A DNA stretch of 63,805 nucleotides, counting the filler, from Salisapilia sapeloensis CBS 127946 (Eukaryota; Protista; Oomycota), in NCBI GenBank assembly GCA_023334545.1. It is 4 parts of 4 records of this genome, joined end to end, with 100 filler letters (N's around TTAATTAATTAA, not from the genome) between each part and the next. Parts side by side here need not be neighbours in the genome. Positions count along the whole stretch, not along the records: positions 43,591 to 62,642 come from JAADVB010000314.1; positions 62,743 to 63,805 come from JAADVB010001329.1; 2 more parts are not named here. One strand, given 5' to 3'. The position numbers were made by a program, and so were the translations under genes. Numbering within the stretch: the stretch's first letter is position 1; each line of letters opens with the position of its first letter. The notes beneath the pieces are model-generated. The model was not told where the DNA came from and did no database searches. It saw only the letters and a list, made by a program, of their open reading frames with translations. Positions 62,206-63,805 of this stretch are shown here, piece by piece.

Positions 62206-62642
62206 GCTTCTTGTCCGCAGCTTGATGTGATAGAGGTTATAAATAGTAATTGCGCTAAATAGGTTTCCTTCCCACTAATGGCAAACCTGATGACTGCATG
62301 AGGTCACCACCGGAAACCGATGTGCATTTCGATCTTATCGATAAATCACGGTCGGAACGAGATTGCCTAGTTGTACGAGGAATACTGGTTGTACGACTTG
62401 AGCCATTTAACCAGAAAAACCTTCGAGGTCATCTTGGTCTCATTTGATCAATATGAAGAAACTTGTTTAAAAAATAATACTTTGACATATAGTTTTAATA
62501 TGGCGTGTCAAACCTGTCAAAATTGCAAAATATAATGAGGTGTCTGATTGCCAAATAATTGCCGATAACTTCTAAAACAGTCGGAAGTTTTATTTCGAGC
62601 GCTCATGAATCAGTCAGGCTCCAAATAGGATAAACCACCTCC

Positions 62643-62742
62643 NNNNNNNNNNNNNNNNNNNNNNNNNNNNNNNNNNNNNNNNNNNNTTAATTAATTAANN
62701 NNNNNNNNNNNNNNNNNNNNNNNNNNNNNNNNNNNNNNNNNN
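62643..62742. other. Artificial contig spacer N44-TTAATTAATTAA-N44
   Basis: Same 100-bp structure as the other two spacers. Confidence 0.97.
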
Positions 62743-63805
62743 ACTCAGGTCTTGTTTACTCCAAGAACGTCATCAATATGCTGCAACTCTCACACAGATC
62801 GTGCTACAGCGAGCATGGTAATCGAAACCTCGATTTCACCAGATGATGGAGCACGAGAGGCAATTTAGACAAAGAGCATGAAGCTGCGTCTTTGTTCGTA
62901 GTAGAGACCATTCACTTTCGTAATCCTCGTTTGACGGAAAGTCATATTGACATGTTATGAAAGATTACTATGTCATGTAGCTAGTCCGGATCGACAATTC
63001 TCAGCGAACGCAGAGTTTGCCGATTCGGTTATCACGTATAGACTGAAAACATGCAAATTCCCATTTCCTCTGGATTCGATTCAGCGCGACCACGGTTTTA
63101 TTCATTTATTATTGTTTCTGGAGAAGGGCACATGGAAATGTATTCCTGAACAGGTATGCTGTCGACGCTGGGGTACATACAGAAACGTCTTTGAACGATG
63201 CCTTCGAGATTGGTGCGTTGTGTATATGCACGGTGGTGGTCAAGAATTCGATCAACAGCTCGATGTCGTATATGAGCTTAAGAAGGAATCCCAGCTCGTC
63301 TTAGCTTTCGCACTTGATGAGAAGCTAGAACAGGTCTCTGCGAGAACGGAAGCATTGCTGGGTTGGTCATCACTGGCGAGCTTCTAGTTGAACTGCAATA
63401 GAGCCATCAAATAGATACCCTAAGCACATCTTCACGTTGCGTGGGCGATATGAATATCACCATATACGAAGTCTGGTCATCCAGCACGACCGCCTCCGAG
63501 ACGAAGAGGATATTGCGAGACTGATCTGGAGTCGTCAACAAGTAGATACTACAAATTAGCTATTTTATATTTCTCTGCGGGTGTTAAGAGCATAGTAGAC
63601 GTACTCGCTTGCCCCTCAATCTACTTGTGAGTGCCTAGATTCCATCCTCTGACCTTTCGCTTTCTAGCTTGAAGTGCGTTCCTACAAACTTCAAGTAGAG
63701 ATACTTGAAAGGACGGATGGGGTTTTCAGCGAGCTCTCATGAGGCAAGAAATACCATGTAGAGTCTCTGGACCATCCCATGATACGCTTTGGAGTGCGCT
63801 CTATC

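Noticed and set aside
62743-63805. 146-aa plus ORF (62947-63387) and a sparsely interrupted minus frame
   Set aside because: No recognisable motif or consistent splice model; left unassigned.

Overview
Gene-dense eukaryotic nuclear DNA, most consistent with an oomycete (stramenopile). The assignment rests on short GT-AG introns (mostly 51-70 nt), an RPB1 CTD made of YSPTSPA heptads, oomycete-type Inr/FPR promoter matches, an LRR receptor kinase and a PH-domain MAPK; the species cannot be determined. About 28 protein-coding genes are recognisable: ATR, FAM210-like, PIG-X, MRPL43, RPL15, AUH-like hydratase, METTL22-like, eIF1, two EF-hand/EML-like proteins, a Slo/BK channel, two GNATs, a DAACS transporter, a PX protein, an LRR-RK, RBM26/27-like, a P4-ATPase, a LisH protein, RPB1, ZIP7-like, Hsp110, a trypsin-like protease, SmD2, an F-box protein, a PH-NTF2-C2-MAPK, a Yhm2-like carrier and YbeY. 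Three identical 100-bp spacers (N44-TTAATTAATTAA-N44) are artificial contig joins that truncate genes, so adjacency across them is unproven. I recognised no rRNA, tRNA, CRISPR array or transposon, and I cannot support a multi-gene novel system. The best leads are single-gene architectures: a P4 flippase with a DysF domain directly after its autoinhibitory GFAF motif; a MAPK carrying an NTF2/SnoaL-like pocket between PH and C2 domains; an LRR receptor kinase built from frame-symmetric exons and 54-55-nt introns; a DAACS transporter with His at the substrate-selecting Arg position; and MG-start EF-hand/EML fusions. All family calls come from motifs recognised by eye; no database searches were run.
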